In this document: one piece after another, positions 1 to 8,925 of the stretch
Layout: each line of letters begins with the position of its first letter
Numbering within the stretch: position 1 is the stretch's first letter
Assembly: GCA_016183775.1 (NCBI GenBank)
Contig: JACPDY010000098.1
Location: 13,547-77,546, forward strand
Direction: 5' to 3'
DNA from: Bacteroidota bacterium
Lineage (GTDB): Bacteria > Bacteroidota > Bacteroidia > JABDFU01
DNA length: 64,000 nt
Program-made: the position numbers and the translations under genes
Notes under the pieces: model-generated
What the model saw: only the letters and a program-made list of their open reading frames with translations
Databases searched by the model: none
What the model was told of the DNA's origin: nothing

Positions 1-280
1 AGGATGAGAGGAGCGAAGGGGGGCTTAGTTTTTAATAGACATCAGATTGAATAATTTCGGAAGGGGAAGTCTACGTTTGTTTTATTTTCGTTTCAAATTT
101 TTCGTAAATTTTTTCGGCGGTTTATATGCATCTTCTGTCACCTGTGTTTATCAAATCAGTATAAACAAGTAACGGATGTACTGCATTATCTCGTATCCTA
201 TTGCGCTCATAGAATTTCCTGTATACTTACATTTCTCTTCACTTCGTAACTGCTAAGAATAAATTTTAATGTAATAAAGG

Positions 281-294
281 ATGATTTTAATCAT
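281..294. promoter_or_regulatory. Candidate Crp/Fnr-family binding site ATGATTTTAATCAT (TGAT-N4-ATCA palindrome), ~48 bp upstream of the U32 gene.
   Basis: Perfect 14-bp palindrome seen in sequence. Same architecture recurs upstream of 8 other operons in the window. Confidence 0.45.
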
Positions 295-341
295 ATTCAT
301 TCTGCTTAATATCTGCCACATTAGAGTTCAAAAACTAAAAG

Positions 342-1577
342 ATGGGTAACATTGAACTGATGTCACCTGCAGGGTCATTTGAGTCATTGCATGCCGCTAT
401 TGAAGCAGGGGCTGATGCTGTTTATTTTGGTATAGAGCAATTGAATATGCGGGCCAGGTCAGGCAATAATTTTACTTTATATGATCTGGAAGAAATATAT
501 AAAATATGTTCCGGGAAAAAGGTAAAAACATACCTGACATTAAATACAATAATTTATGATCACGATATTTCTTTAATGAAGAAAATTGTAATGGCTGCAA
601 AGAAAAATCATATTAATGCCGTTATCGCCTGTGATCAGGCTGTTTTGGGATATGCAAAAAAGATTGGAATGCAGGTTCATATATCTACCCAGGCAAATGT
701 AAGTAACCTGGAAAGTGTACTATTCTACTCTGAATATGCTGATGCTGTTGTACTTGCCAGGGAATTAAGTTTGCGGCAGGTTGCAGATATTGTAAAGCAG
801 GTCAGAAGAAAAAACATCAAAGGCCCCTCAGGAGAGCTGATAAAAATAGAAGTATTTGTACATGGCGCGTTATGTATGGCTGTTTCCGGAAAATGCTATA
901 TGAGTTTGCATTCCCATTACGCTTCGGCAAACAGGGGAGCCTGTATTCAAAATTGCAGGAGAAGTTATATTGTAAAGGACAAGGAAGAGGAAATTGAATT
1001 TGAAATTGACAATGAGTATATCATGTCATCCAAAGATTTATGCACAATCGACTTTATTGATAAAATTATTGAGGCCGGCGTTAATATTATGAAAATTGAA
1101 GGGAGAGGACGCTCCGCTGATTATGTATATACTGCAACGAAGTGTTATCGTGAGGCCATTGATTCTTATATCAATGGAACATACAGCAAAACAGGAATTG
1201 ATAAATGGAAACATGAATTAGCCACAGTTTTTAACAGGGGCTTTTGGGAGGGCTATTACCTGGGGAAGAAAACCGGGGAATGGGCGGATACTTACGGTTC
1301 AAAAGCGACGAAAAGAAAAATATATATGGGAAAGGGAATAAAGTATTTCAGTAACAAAAAAGTCGGAGAATTTAAACTTGAGTCCGGGCAGCTATCTATA
1401 GGTAATAGTATAATGATAATAGGGCCGACAACAGGTATAATCCGCGATAAAGTAGCAGAATTACGTTTACAGGATACATCGGTTCAGTCGGTAAGCAAAG
1501 GAGCGGTTTTTTCTCTTCCGTTAAAGAAAAAAATACGTCCTTCTGATAAATTGTATAAAGTGGTTGAAGCCGAATGA
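342..1577 (+). CDS. Peptidase U32 family protein (collagenase-like, RlhA/TrhP/UbiU-type Fe-S protein).
   Basis: N-terminus MGNIELMSPAGSFESLHAAIEAGADAVYFG is typical of U32 (PrtC/YhbU/YegQ). Cys-rich segment ALCMAVSGKCYMS...CIQNCRR matches the Fe-S-binding region of this family. Confidence 0.8.
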   Translation: MGNIELMSPAGSFESLHAAIEAGADAVYFGIEQLNMRARSGNNFTLYDLEEIYKICSGKKVKTYLTLNTIIYDHDISLMKKIVMAAKKNHINAVIACDQAVLGYAKKIGMQVHISTQANVSNLESVLFYSEYADAVVLARELSLRQVADIVKQVRRKNIKGPSGELIKIEVFVHGALCMAVSGKCYMSLHSHYASANRGACIQNCRRSYIVKDKEEEIEFEIDNEYIMSSKDLCTIDFIDKIIEAGVNIMKIEGRGRSADYVYTATKCYREAIDSYINGTYSKTGIDKWKHELATVFNRGFWEGYYLGKKTGEWADTYGSKATKRKIYMGKGIKYFSNKKVGEFKLESGQLSIGNSIMIIGPTTGIIRDKVAELRLQDTSVQSVSKGAVFSLPLKKKIRPSDKLYKVVEAE

Positions 1578-1801
1578 TACGGATTATTCATCAGCGCGAT
1601 AAATGCATTGGATGTAATGCCTGCGTTGAAGCAGCCTGGTCAAGATGGAGAATGTCGCGGAAAGACGGGAAAAGTATTTTGATTGGCGGGATCAAAAAAA
1701 AATATATTTATTCGGCAGTTGTCGGCGATGACGAGCGAAGCGAAAATATTCAGGCATCCGTGAATTGCCCTGTAGGAATAATACAATTAATACAAATGTA
1801 A
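1574..1801 (+). CDS. Small ferredoxin-like protein with a single [4Fe-4S] motif (CIGCNAC...CP).
   Basis: CxxCxxC plus a distal CP, 75 aa. Start overlaps the U32 stop (ATGA), suggesting translational coupling. Confidence 0.45.
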   Translation: MIRIIHQRDKCIGCNACVEAAWSRWRMSRKDGKSILIGGIKKKYIYSAVVGDDERSENIQASVNCPVGIIQLIQM

Positions 1802-1802
1802 A

Positions 1803-2249
1803 ATGGGAATGGACAAAAAGATGGAATCCTTTATGGAAAGTCAGAAAAATTTAACCCTGTGTACGGCGGTTGATAATGCGCCTCATTGTGCAAGTTGTTT
1901 TTACGCTTATGTAAGCGAAGGCCATTTTGTTGTATTTAAATCTGATAAAAAAACACAACATGTATATAACGCATTTATTAATGATAAAGTTGCCGGCACA
2001 ATTATTCCGGATATTGATAAAACAGGAACCATAAAAGGCATTCAATTTATCGGAAAATTTATTGTGCCAACCGGAGCTTTTGCCGAACAGGTGAAAAAAA
2101 AGTATTATGGCAAATATCCTTTTGCCCTGGCGTTTGCCGGAGATTTATGGGGAATAGAATTGCAGTCGGTTAAAATGACCGACAATACGCTTGGATTTGG
2201 AAAAAAGCTGAGCTGGGAGAGATCAGTATCTGAAAAACAAACTTTATGA
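1803..2249 (+). CDS. Pyridoxamine 5'-phosphate oxidase-like FMN-binding protein (general stress protein 26 / YhbP-like).
   Basis: 148-aa protein. N-terminal LTLCT..D..PH..S.FYAY..EG.FVVF pattern is typical of the PNPOx-like split-barrel family. Confidence 0.5.
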   Translation: MGMDKKMESFMESQKNLTLCTAVDNAPHCASCFYAYVSEGHFVVFKSDKKTQHVYNAFINDKVAGTIIPDIDKTGTIKGIQFIGKFIVPTGAFAEQVKKKYYGKYPFALAFAGDLWGIELQSVKMTDNTLGFGKKLSWERSVSEKQTL

Positions 2250-2707
2250 AGAGAACGAAAAGTCCAAATGAATCGGAAACAATTATGACTGAAGTTGTTT
2301 TCCCAAATGACACTAATCCTATGGGAATTGTGCAGGGAGGAAGAATAATACAATTAATGGATATAGCTTGTGCCGTTTGCGCTCAAACACATTCGGGAAA
2401 GGTAGCTGTTACCGCTTCTATTGATAAAGTTTCCTTTAAGGAGTCTGCAAAATTAGGGGATATATTAACTGTGAAGGCGAAAATTACAAGGGCATTTACT
2501 ACTTCTATGGAGATTTATGCGGAAGTATGGGCCAAGCGCTTGCCGGATATGAAACCGTTCCTTGCAAATAAAGCCTTCTTTACATTTGTTGCTCTTGACG
2601 AGAACGCAAGGCCTACCGTCGTTATACCATTGAAACCCGTAACATCCCATGAAATAATACAATATGCCGAGGCATTGAAGAGAAGAAAGAGCAGAATAAA
2701 ACAATAA
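2246..2707 (+). CDS. Acyl-CoA thioesterase (hotdog fold, YciA-like).
   Basis: VVFPNDTNPMGIVQGGRIIQLMDIACAVCA motif is characteristic of the YciA/ACOT hotdog thioesterases. Confidence 0.75.
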   Translation: MKRTKSPNESETIMTEVVFPNDTNPMGIVQGGRIIQLMDIACAVCAQTHSGKVAVTASIDKVSFKESAKLGDILTVKAKITRAFTTSMEIYAEVWAKRLPDMKPFLANKAFFTFVALDENARPTVVIPLKPVTSHEIIQYAEALKRRKSRIKQ

Positions 2708-2718
2708 TAAACTTAACT

Positions 2719-4098
2719 ATGGAATTCAAAACGATAATAGAACCATTTAAAATAAAAATGGTTGAGCCGATTAAAATGACAACGCGTGAAGAGCGAAAGA
2801 TCTTTTTAGAACGGGCACACTATAATCCGTTTCTGCTAAGTTCGGAACAGGTAATGATTGATTTGCTTACGGACAGTGGTACATCGGCTATGAGCTCCAA
2901 TCAATGGGCCGGTATAATGATGGGTGACGAATCCTACGCAGGCGCTAAAAGCTGGCAAAGAATGGAAGCTGCAATCCATTCACTTACCGGATTGGAGTAT
3001 ATTTTTCCGACTCACCAGGGAAGGGCAGCCGAACGTATTTTGTATGGTTACCTCGGAGGCAAAGGAAAAACATTTATCAGTAATACACATTTTGACACCA
3101 CTCGTGCCAATATTGAATTTTCGGGTGCTGAAGCGATTGATATTCCAATTGCCGAAGGACTTAATCCGTCATTGATACATCCCTTTAAGGGAAATATGGA
3201 CTTGAAAAAATTAGAAAGGTTGATCAGGCAAAAAGGCCCGAAAAATATTGGAGGAGTTATACTTACGGTTACTAACAACAGTAGTGGTGGGCAGCCTGCA
3301 AGTATGGATAACGCGAAAGGCATAAGCCGGATATGCAAAAAATATAAGGTGAATTTTTTCCTTGATTGTTGCCGTATTGCCGAGAATGCCTACTTCATCA
3401 AACAGAGGGAGAGCGGCTTTGAAAAATATACTTACAAAGAAATCGCGCAGGAAATGTTTTCACTCACAGATGGAGCTATTATGAGCGCAAAGAAAGACGC
3501 ATTAGTGAATATGGGAGGATTCCTGGCGTTAAAAAATAAAAAGCTCGCAGATGCCTGTAGAAATCTTTTAATAATTACGGAAGGCTTCACAACATACGGA
3601 GGACTTTCAGGCAGGGATATGGAAGCTATCGCCATTGGCCTGGAAGAAGTTTTTGACGCCAATTATTTGCATTATAGAATAAGCAGTACGGCTTACCTTG
3701 GGAAAAGGCTTAATAAAATGGGTATTCCATTAATAATGCCTATTGGAGGACACGCGGTTTATATTGATGCGAAATCGCTTTATCCGCACATCCCGGTTAA
3801 TCAATACCCCGGACAAACCCTGGTATGTGAACTTTACCTGGCAGGAGGCATCCGTTCTGTAGAAATAGGTTCTGTAATGTTCGGTAAATATGACAAAAAG
3901 AAGGCACTCATTCCCGCATCAATGGAACTCGTTAGGCTGGCTATTCCAAGGAGAGTTTATACTCAAAGTCACATAGAATATGTAATAGAAATTTTTGAAA
4001 GGCTCTTGCTAAATCGAAAAAACACCAAAGGCTATAGGATTATTGAAGAACCTGAATTTTTAAGACATTTTACCGCTCATTTCATGCCGGCTTCCTGA
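2719..4098 (+). CDS. Tryptophanase / tyrosine phenol-lyase (PLP-dependent beta-eliminating lyase).
   Basis: N-terminus EPFKIKMVEPIKMTTREERK...FLLSSEQVMIDLLTDSGTSAMSSNQWAGIMMGDESYAG and C-terminal GGHAVYIDAK...ELVRLAIPRRVYTQSHIEYV closely resemble TnaA/TPL. TnaA cannot be distinguished from TPL by eye. Confidence 0.85.
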   Translation: MEFKTIIEPFKIKMVEPIKMTTREERKIFLERAHYNPFLLSSEQVMIDLLTDSGTSAMSSNQWAGIMMGDESYAGAKSWQRMEAAIHSLTGLEYIFPTHQGRAAERILYGYLGGKGKTFISNTHFDTTRANIEFSGAEAIDIPIAEGLNPSLIHPFKGNMDLKKLERLIRQKGPKNIGGVILTVTNNSSGGQPASMDNAKGISRICKKYKVNFFLDCCRIAENAYFIKQRESGFEKYTYKEIAQEMFSLTDGAIMSAKKDALVNMGGFLALKNKKLADACRNLLIITEGFTTYGGLSGRDMEAIAIGLEEVFDANYLHYRISSTAYLGKRLNKMGIPLIMPIGGHAVYIDAKSLYPHIPVNQYPGQTLVCELYLAGGIRSVEIGSVMFGKYDKKKALIPASMELVRLAIPRRVYTQSHIEYVIEIFERLLLNRKNTKGYRIIEEPEFLRHFTAHFMPAS

Positions 4099-4176
4099 CT
4101 TGCTTTATTTCAACGGATTTTAAGTTTCCCAGGCACAAGAATGACTTTTTCTCTACTCTTTTCCTATTATAAAAAT

Positions 4177-4190
4177 ATGATTCAAATCAT
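4177..4190. promoter_or_regulatory. Candidate Crp/Fnr-family site ATGATTCAAATCAT, ~28 bp upstream of the Crp/Fnr gene at 4218.
   Basis: Perfect palindrome, the same 14-mer as at 24363-24376. Confidence 0.45.
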
Positions 4191-4217
4191 ATTATATTAT
4201 GAGGAATAGTTACATCT

Positions 4218-4964
4218 TTGGGCATTCGATATCCGGTGCAGATGATAATTCCTTCAAACAAACAAAAAGAAGCACCTTCATGCGACAAGTGTGAATCTTC
4301 GCATAATTCTATTTTTTGTGTTTTAAACAAGGGAGAGTTAGCTGAGCTCTCAGAAAGCAAGTCATATATTTCATATAAAAAGGGGCAGATGATATTTTAT
4401 GAAGGGAATCATCCCCAGGGTTTGTATTGCATATATTCCGGAAAAGTAAAAATTCACAAGTTAGGACATGATGGGAAAGATCAGATCTTACGCCTTGCAA
4501 AAAAGGGGAATGTGATTGGGTATCGTGCATTGTTGGGCGATGATAGCTATCACGCATCGGCTACAGCAATGGAAGATTCAGTAATATGCTTCTTCCCTAA
4601 AGGGGTATATCAAAATCAAATCATTTCAAATGCCTCGCTTTCAATGCAGATTATAAGACTGCTCTCTGCCGACCTGAAATTAGCAGAACATAAAGCGATG
4701 AATATGGTACAAAAACAGGTGCGTGAACGAATTGCTGAAACTATTCTGATGTTAAAAGAGTTCTTCGGGCTTGAGTCTGATAATGCTACCATAAATACTG
4801 TTCTTACGCGGGAAAGTATCGGAAATATTGCAGGTACTACAACTGAAACTGCGATAAGAATTTTATCCGAGCTTAATAAAAATAAAACTATAGAGTTATT
4901 AGGAAAGAGAATAAAAATCCTGAATAGCAAGGAATTGATAAAAATTGCCAATATTAATGAGTAG
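4218..4964 (+). CDS. Crp/Fnr-family transcriptional regulator with an N-terminal Cys cluster (FNR-like).
   Basis: cNMP-binding-like beta-roll (FYEGNHPQGLYCIYSGKVKIHK) plus C-terminal HTH (TRESIGNIAGTTTETAIRIL). N-terminal CDKCESSHNSIFC cysteines. Confidence 0.8.
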   Translation: MGIRYPVQMIIPSNKQKEAPSCDKCESSHNSIFCVLNKGELAELSESKSYISYKKGQMIFYEGNHPQGLYCIYSGKVKIHKLGHDGKDQILRLAKKGNVIGYRALLGDDSYHASATAMEDSVICFFPKGVYQNQIISNASLSMQIIRLLSADLKLAEHKAMNMVQKQVRERIAETILMLKEFFGLESDNATINTVLTRESIGNIAGTTTETAIRILSELNKNKTIELLGKRIKILNSKELIKIANINE

Positions 4965-5113
4965 TATTCTCTATTCTTTTCGGCACCGAAGTAAAGTAGT
5001 TCGTTGGCATCTCTTCTCGTTGTATTGGTTAAATATGCCCGGTCAGCTCAATAAATCAGAAAGAGTAGAGTGGGTACGGCAGTCTGTTTTTTCGAATTTC
5101 CTATTTAAGTACT

Positions 5114-7081
5114 GTGAGTAAAAAGGAAAGAAAAGATAAATCTTCCAACACATCATCAGCCGGCTCCATTTCCGACAGAAAACTATATTTCTTCATTTTT
5201 GCTTTCTCTTTTTTACTCTATGGAAACACCATTAAGAATGGATTTTCTCTTGACGATGAATATGTTTCACGCAATCATGATCAGGTAAAGAAAGGCATAA
5301 GCGGTATAGCCGAAATTTTTTCGACGTATTATACGGCCGGTTCAAATACAACACATTTATATGGATATCGTCCAATTACAAAAGCAACTTATGCGATTGA
5401 ATATAGTTTGTTTGGAGAGAATCCTCATGTGAGCCATTTTATCAATATTATTATTTATGCTTTAATCGGAGTGGTTATTTTCCGTATGCTCAAAAAGTGG
5501 CTTACTAATTATAACATTGTTTTCCCCTTTTTAATTACGCTTTTATTCCTATCTCATCCCATACATACTGAAGTTGTCGCCTCTATAAAAAACCGGGATG
5601 TATTGTTAACATTTCTCGGAAGTTTTATTATGATATATTTCTCGCTCCGGTATATTGAATTAAACAAGTTTACCTATCTTCTGCTTTCAATTCTTTTTGC
5701 AGTTTTTGCTTTCCTCTCGAAACCGGAAACTGCTCCGGCCGCAGTTATTATTCCATTTGTCGTATATTTTTTCACAAATTCTTCGGTAAAGAAAGGTATT
5801 TGGATCGCGCTTCTCCTGACTGGTCTGGGGATATTGGTGCATTTAATGATAAGTGTTAATCTGCCATACCTCGGGAGACCAGAGAATACTATGGAGTTTC
5901 ACGATAATCCGCTATACTTTATAAAGGACTGGTCGATCCGGTTGGGTGTGGCTTTTAATTCACTCTATTACTACCTGCGGATGCTTATTGTACATTATCC
6001 ATTGCTTTATTTTTACGGATACAATACAATTCCTATTGAAAGTGTTTTTAATGTAGTTCCTCTTTTATCCTTGTTCATTCATCTCAGCATGGCGGTTTTT
6101 GCATTTCTGAATTTGAGAAAAAAAAGTATTCTTTCATTTGGAATTATTTGGTATCTCGTTTACGTTTCAATAATTGCAAATATTCTTATCCCGGCTGCAG
6201 GGATTGTAGCTGAGCGTTTTATTTTTGGCGCTTCATTCGGATTTTGTATTATACTTGCCTATTTCCTGTTGAAATTTTCAAAGGTGCATTTTGAATCAGT
6301 ATCCAAACGCTTTTCAGGGAATCCAACTTTTGTTTTTCTTTCAGGTATTATTCTTTTGCTATTTACGTGGCAAACAATTTCGCGAAACAATGACTGGAAG
6401 GACCAGCTCACACTTTTCCGCCACGACATACAATATCTGGACAATTCGGTAAAAGCGCATGAAACGCTAGGTGCTTCATTAATGAAAGAGAGTAATTTCG
6501 CAAAAAGTGAGGAAGAGCGTGCGCGGATAGTAGCCGAAGCCATAGGACACTATAAGCGCACATTGGAAATCTATCCGGACTTTGCAATGGGTAATAATAA
6601 TCTTGGAACCTTTTACGCTAATCTTTATAATGACTGCGAAAATGCCATTCCTCTTTTTATAAAAGCTATAGAAGTTGACAGTTCTTTCGGCGAGGCAATG
6701 ATCAATCTCGGATTGTGCTACACCCGTCAGTCAAGAATTGATGATGCGATCAGCATGCTGGAGCGCGGAATAACAATTGAACGGGGAAAATTCATGATCT
6801 CGTACACTACTTTAATAGCTTTATATTTTGAAAAAGGAAACTCAGAAAAGGGGATAAGATTATTTGAAGAAGCGGTGAAGTTTTTCCCGGATTCCGAAGT
6901 GCCATATAGGGAAATGGGAAATCAATATATCGCAAAAGGAGACACTCTTGAATCCGTAAAGTATTTTGGGTTATCCCTTAAGATTAAAGGCGACAGCCAG
7001 TTAAGTGATTTTGTTTCCAATTACTTTTACCGAAAAGGTGATACGCTCCGGGGGAAAGCGTATCAAATACAAAAAAGATAG
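5114..7081 (+). CDS. Polytopic membrane protein with C-terminal TPR repeats (PMT-like glycosyltransferase / DUF2723-type architecture).
   Basis: ~400 aa of hydrophobic TM segments, followed by TPR-like repeats (AxxxYxxAL pattern) in the last ~230 aa. Confidence 0.55.
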   Translation: MSKKERKDKSSNTSSAGSISDRKLYFFIFAFSFLLYGNTIKNGFSLDDEYVSRNHDQVKKGISGIAEIFSTYYTAGSNTTHLYGYRPITKATYAIEYSLFGENPHVSHFINIIIYALIGVVIFRMLKKWLTNYNIVFPFLITLLFLSHPIHTEVVASIKNRDVLLTFLGSFIMIYFSLRYIELNKFTYLLLSILFAVFAFLSKPETAPAAVIIPFVVYFFTNSSVKKGIWIALLLTGLGILVHLMISVNLPYLGRPENTMEFHDNPLYFIKDWSIRLGVAFNSLYYYLRMLIVHYPLLYFYGYNTIPIESVFNVVPLLSLFIHLSMAVFAFLNLRKKSILSFGIIWYLVYVSIIANILIPAAGIVAERFIFGASFGFCIILAYFLLKFSKVHFESVSKRFSGNPTFVFLSGIILLLFTWQTISRNNDWKDQLTLFRHDIQYLDNSVKAHETLGASLMKESNFAKSEEERARIVAEAIGHYKRTLEIYPDFAMGNNNLGTFYANLYNDCENAIPLFIKAIEVDSSFGEAMINLGLCYTRQSRIDDAISMLERGITIERGKFMISYTTLIALYFEKGNSEKGIRLFEEAVKFFPDSEVPYREMGNQYIAKGDTLESVKYFGLSLKIKGDSQLSDFVSNYFYRKGDTLRGKAYQIQKR

Positions 7082-7143
7082 GCTATAATATGGCCGTTAA
7101 TATTTAGAAGTGTTAAATACGCTGTGTTCAAATCCGGAGTATA

Positions 7144-8355
7144 TTAACTGCCGAAGCTTTTTTGATTTTTCGGTGTTTCAGAAAGAAGGTCTACCATGCA
7201 AACTGGAATTAACTTTCCGTTTCTGACAGTAATATCCGGACAATCTTTGCAGTACTCTATACTTCCTGATGCTGTCAAATTTGGGCCCTGCTGAAAACAG
7301 GTAAGCTTATATGTTATTTTAGATCCCGGCAATAATAGATTTAATAAGAACCCAATTGTATGAAATAAGGTAATAAAATTAAGACTGATAAAACCATACA
7401 GAAGGCAAACCGAAAATGTTTGAAATTCCGTCCAGACAACATCGAACGAATAAGTTCCGAATTTTTTTTGGTGAAGCATATTCCCTAAAATGGCAAGTCG
7501 CTTAAAGGAGGGCTTTACATGTAAAATTTTTGTTTTGCCATTTTTTTTACTGATGCTAAAAGAAAAATATATAAGCCATCGCATATCTTCTGAGTTTTCA
7601 CTTGAAGCGATGTATGCATAAGGAAGCATTTTGTAATTCCCGTATAAGCTGTGAAACACTTCCTTGTTAGTAACCTGCTGATGAACTAGGGATTCTTTGT
7701 TTGCTTCTGATTTGTAATGACGATCTTTCCCAAATTTTTCACTGATTTTTGATGAGTCGCAGCAGCAAGTGACAAGCAGCCATTGGTAGCCTGGCGATTT
7801 CAGGTAATACTCAAAAAAAGCGGGAAAGTCCTTTAAACTATCTTGATACAATGTAACTTCCAGGCCGCACTTAATCCCATGAGTTAAAATTCTATTTGAA
7901 ATTGTTTCGCGTAAAGTATTTAATTCATTTTCAGAAGCTCCGCTTTCAACATCAGGCCGTTGTTGCTGAGAATCAATATGGAGAAAGATTTTAAAAAGGC
8001 CCGCTTCTTTATATAGCTTCAACCTTTTATCTGTTAAGGCAAAACCATTGCTTAGCATTTGCACCATAACACCCTTTTGAGCAATGTATTTAATGACTTC
8101 AGGTAGTTTGGGATGCAGGCTGGGCTCGCCGCCTGCCAGTGTAATGACATGTAAATTTCTCCGGGAAACAGCGTAGTCAACTTCGGATTTAATTTCATCC
8201 AGCGGCTTGGTATAGTCGAATTTGGATTTATAACAAGCCCTGCAGGTTATATTGCATTTTTGATTTACCTCGATTATCAGGTGCGGCACATCTTTGCCTT
8301 CAAATGGCAGCATTACAGGATGATCTGTATTGTCTGGAATATCTTTGAATAGCAT
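7144..8355 (-). CDS. Radical SAM protein of unknown function, with an atypical Cys-rich C-terminal half.
   Basis: CNITCRACY is a CxxxCxxC motif, and GGEPSLHP matches the GGE SAM-binding motif. C-terminus carries CCC and CKDCPD...C clusters that do not match a canonical SPASM domain. Confidence 0.7.
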   Translation of the reverse strand: MLFKDIPDNTDHPVMLPFEGKDVPHLIIEVNQKCNITCRACYKSKFDYTKPLDEIKSEVDYAVSRRNLHVITLAGGEPSLHPKLPEVIKYIAQKGVMVQMLSNGFALTDKRLKLYKEAGLFKIFLHIDSQQQRPDVESGASENELNTLRETISNRILTHGIKCGLEVTLYQDSLKDFPAFFEYYLKSPGYQWLLVTCCCDSSKISEKFGKDRHYKSEANKESLVHQQVTNKEVFHSLYGNYKMLPYAYIASSENSEDMRWLIYFSFSISKKNGKTKILHVKPSFKRLAILGNMLHQKKFGTYSFDVVWTEFQTFSVCLLYGFISLNFITLFHTIGFLLNLLLPGSKITYKLTCFQQGPNLTASGSIEYCKDCPDITVRNGKLIPVCMVDLLSETPKNQKSFGS

Positions 8356-8502
8356 TAGGCGGGTGCTTGACTTAAATTTTTAAACCCAATAAGTAATTAA
8401 TAAACCTTGTAGTTTAGTTAGAATATTAGGGCACAGCCGTTAAAGTACAATAGATAACATTTACTCTACCCCATATTTAGCTTATGGAACAAATCCAACA
8501 GC

Positions 8503-8652
8503 TCACTTGAAGAGAACACTTAGCTCCATAAGCCCTATAATCATAAGAAGCAAAAACAGCATCAGGATAAAAAAAACACCGGACAATATCAATACTCCAG
8601 AGAAGACTTTTTTATTTACTTCCCTGTTATCTCCCTTTTTGCTTTCCAACAT
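8503..8652 (-). CDS. Possible 49-aa single-TM micro-protein (MLESKKGDNREVNKKVFSGVLILSGVFFILMLFLLLMIIGLMELSVLFK).
   Basis: Hand-translated minus-strand ORF, not in the supplied track. GGAG lies 5 nt upstream of its ATG. It sits between the 68-aa membrane gene and the radical SAM gene. Confidence 0.25.
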   Translation of the reverse strand: MLESKKGDNREVNKKVFSGVLILSGVFFILMLFLLLMIIGLMELSVLFK

Positions 8653-8699
8653 ACGTCTCCTTTTCCAAAATCTAATCGGTCCTCATCTACTCTATAATT

Positions 8700-8726
8700 C
8701 AATCACTCACCGATCCTGAGTGATTG
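8700..8726 (-). terminator. 10-bp perfect stem-loop (CAATCACTCA-ccgatcc-TGAGTGATTG) overlapping the stop of the 68-aa membrane gene.
   Basis: Inverted repeat seen directly. No clear U-tract on the minus strand, so it may be an attenuator or RNA-processing hairpin rather than a terminator. Confidence 0.3.
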
Positions 8727-8913
8727 AAACGCTGGTGCTGTTTTTATCCTGAATCCTTTTATCAATAGATGGTTTTACAACATTGATTAAAACCCAAAAC
8801 ATCACAAAAGTTATTGCGCCCCAAATAGTCAGAATAATTAACGCCCATAGTGGAGCCCTGAAAAGTAAGTCTTCCGTTATTGTCAATTTTAATTGTGCTC
8901 TGCTGATGGCCAT
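8707..8913 (-). CDS. Small single-TM membrane protein (68 aa).
   Basis: Hydrophobic core LWALIILTIWGAITFVMFWVLINVV. Sits 13 bp downstream of the hemerythrin-like gene in the same orientation. Confidence 0.4.
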   Translation of the reverse strand: MAISRAQLKLTITEDLLFRAPLWALIILTIWGAITFVMFWVLINVVKPSIDKRIQDKNSTSVSITQDR

Positions 8914-8925
8914 AATTACATGTTT

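Noticed and set aside
1-341. Possible partial gene or regulatory RNA at the 5' end of the window.
   Set aside because: No ORF with recognisable similarity, and no conserved structure beyond the FNR-type palindrome. Treated as intergenic/promoter.
1851-3662. Antisense or shadow ORFs inside the PNPOx-like, thioesterase and tryptophanase genes (1851-2045, 2105-2353, 2465-2704, 2924-3175, 3048-3338, 3432-3662).
   Set aside because: They are fully embedded in, or opposite to, strongly supported genes. Composition is low-complexity and there are no motifs, so they are typical frame-shadow ORFs.
8507-8719. 70-aa plus-strand ORF in the gap upstream of the radical SAM gene.
   Set aside because: Low-complexity S/I/L-rich translation, on the opposite strand to the whole operon. 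It overlaps the hairpin and the small minus-strand genes, so it is likely spurious.
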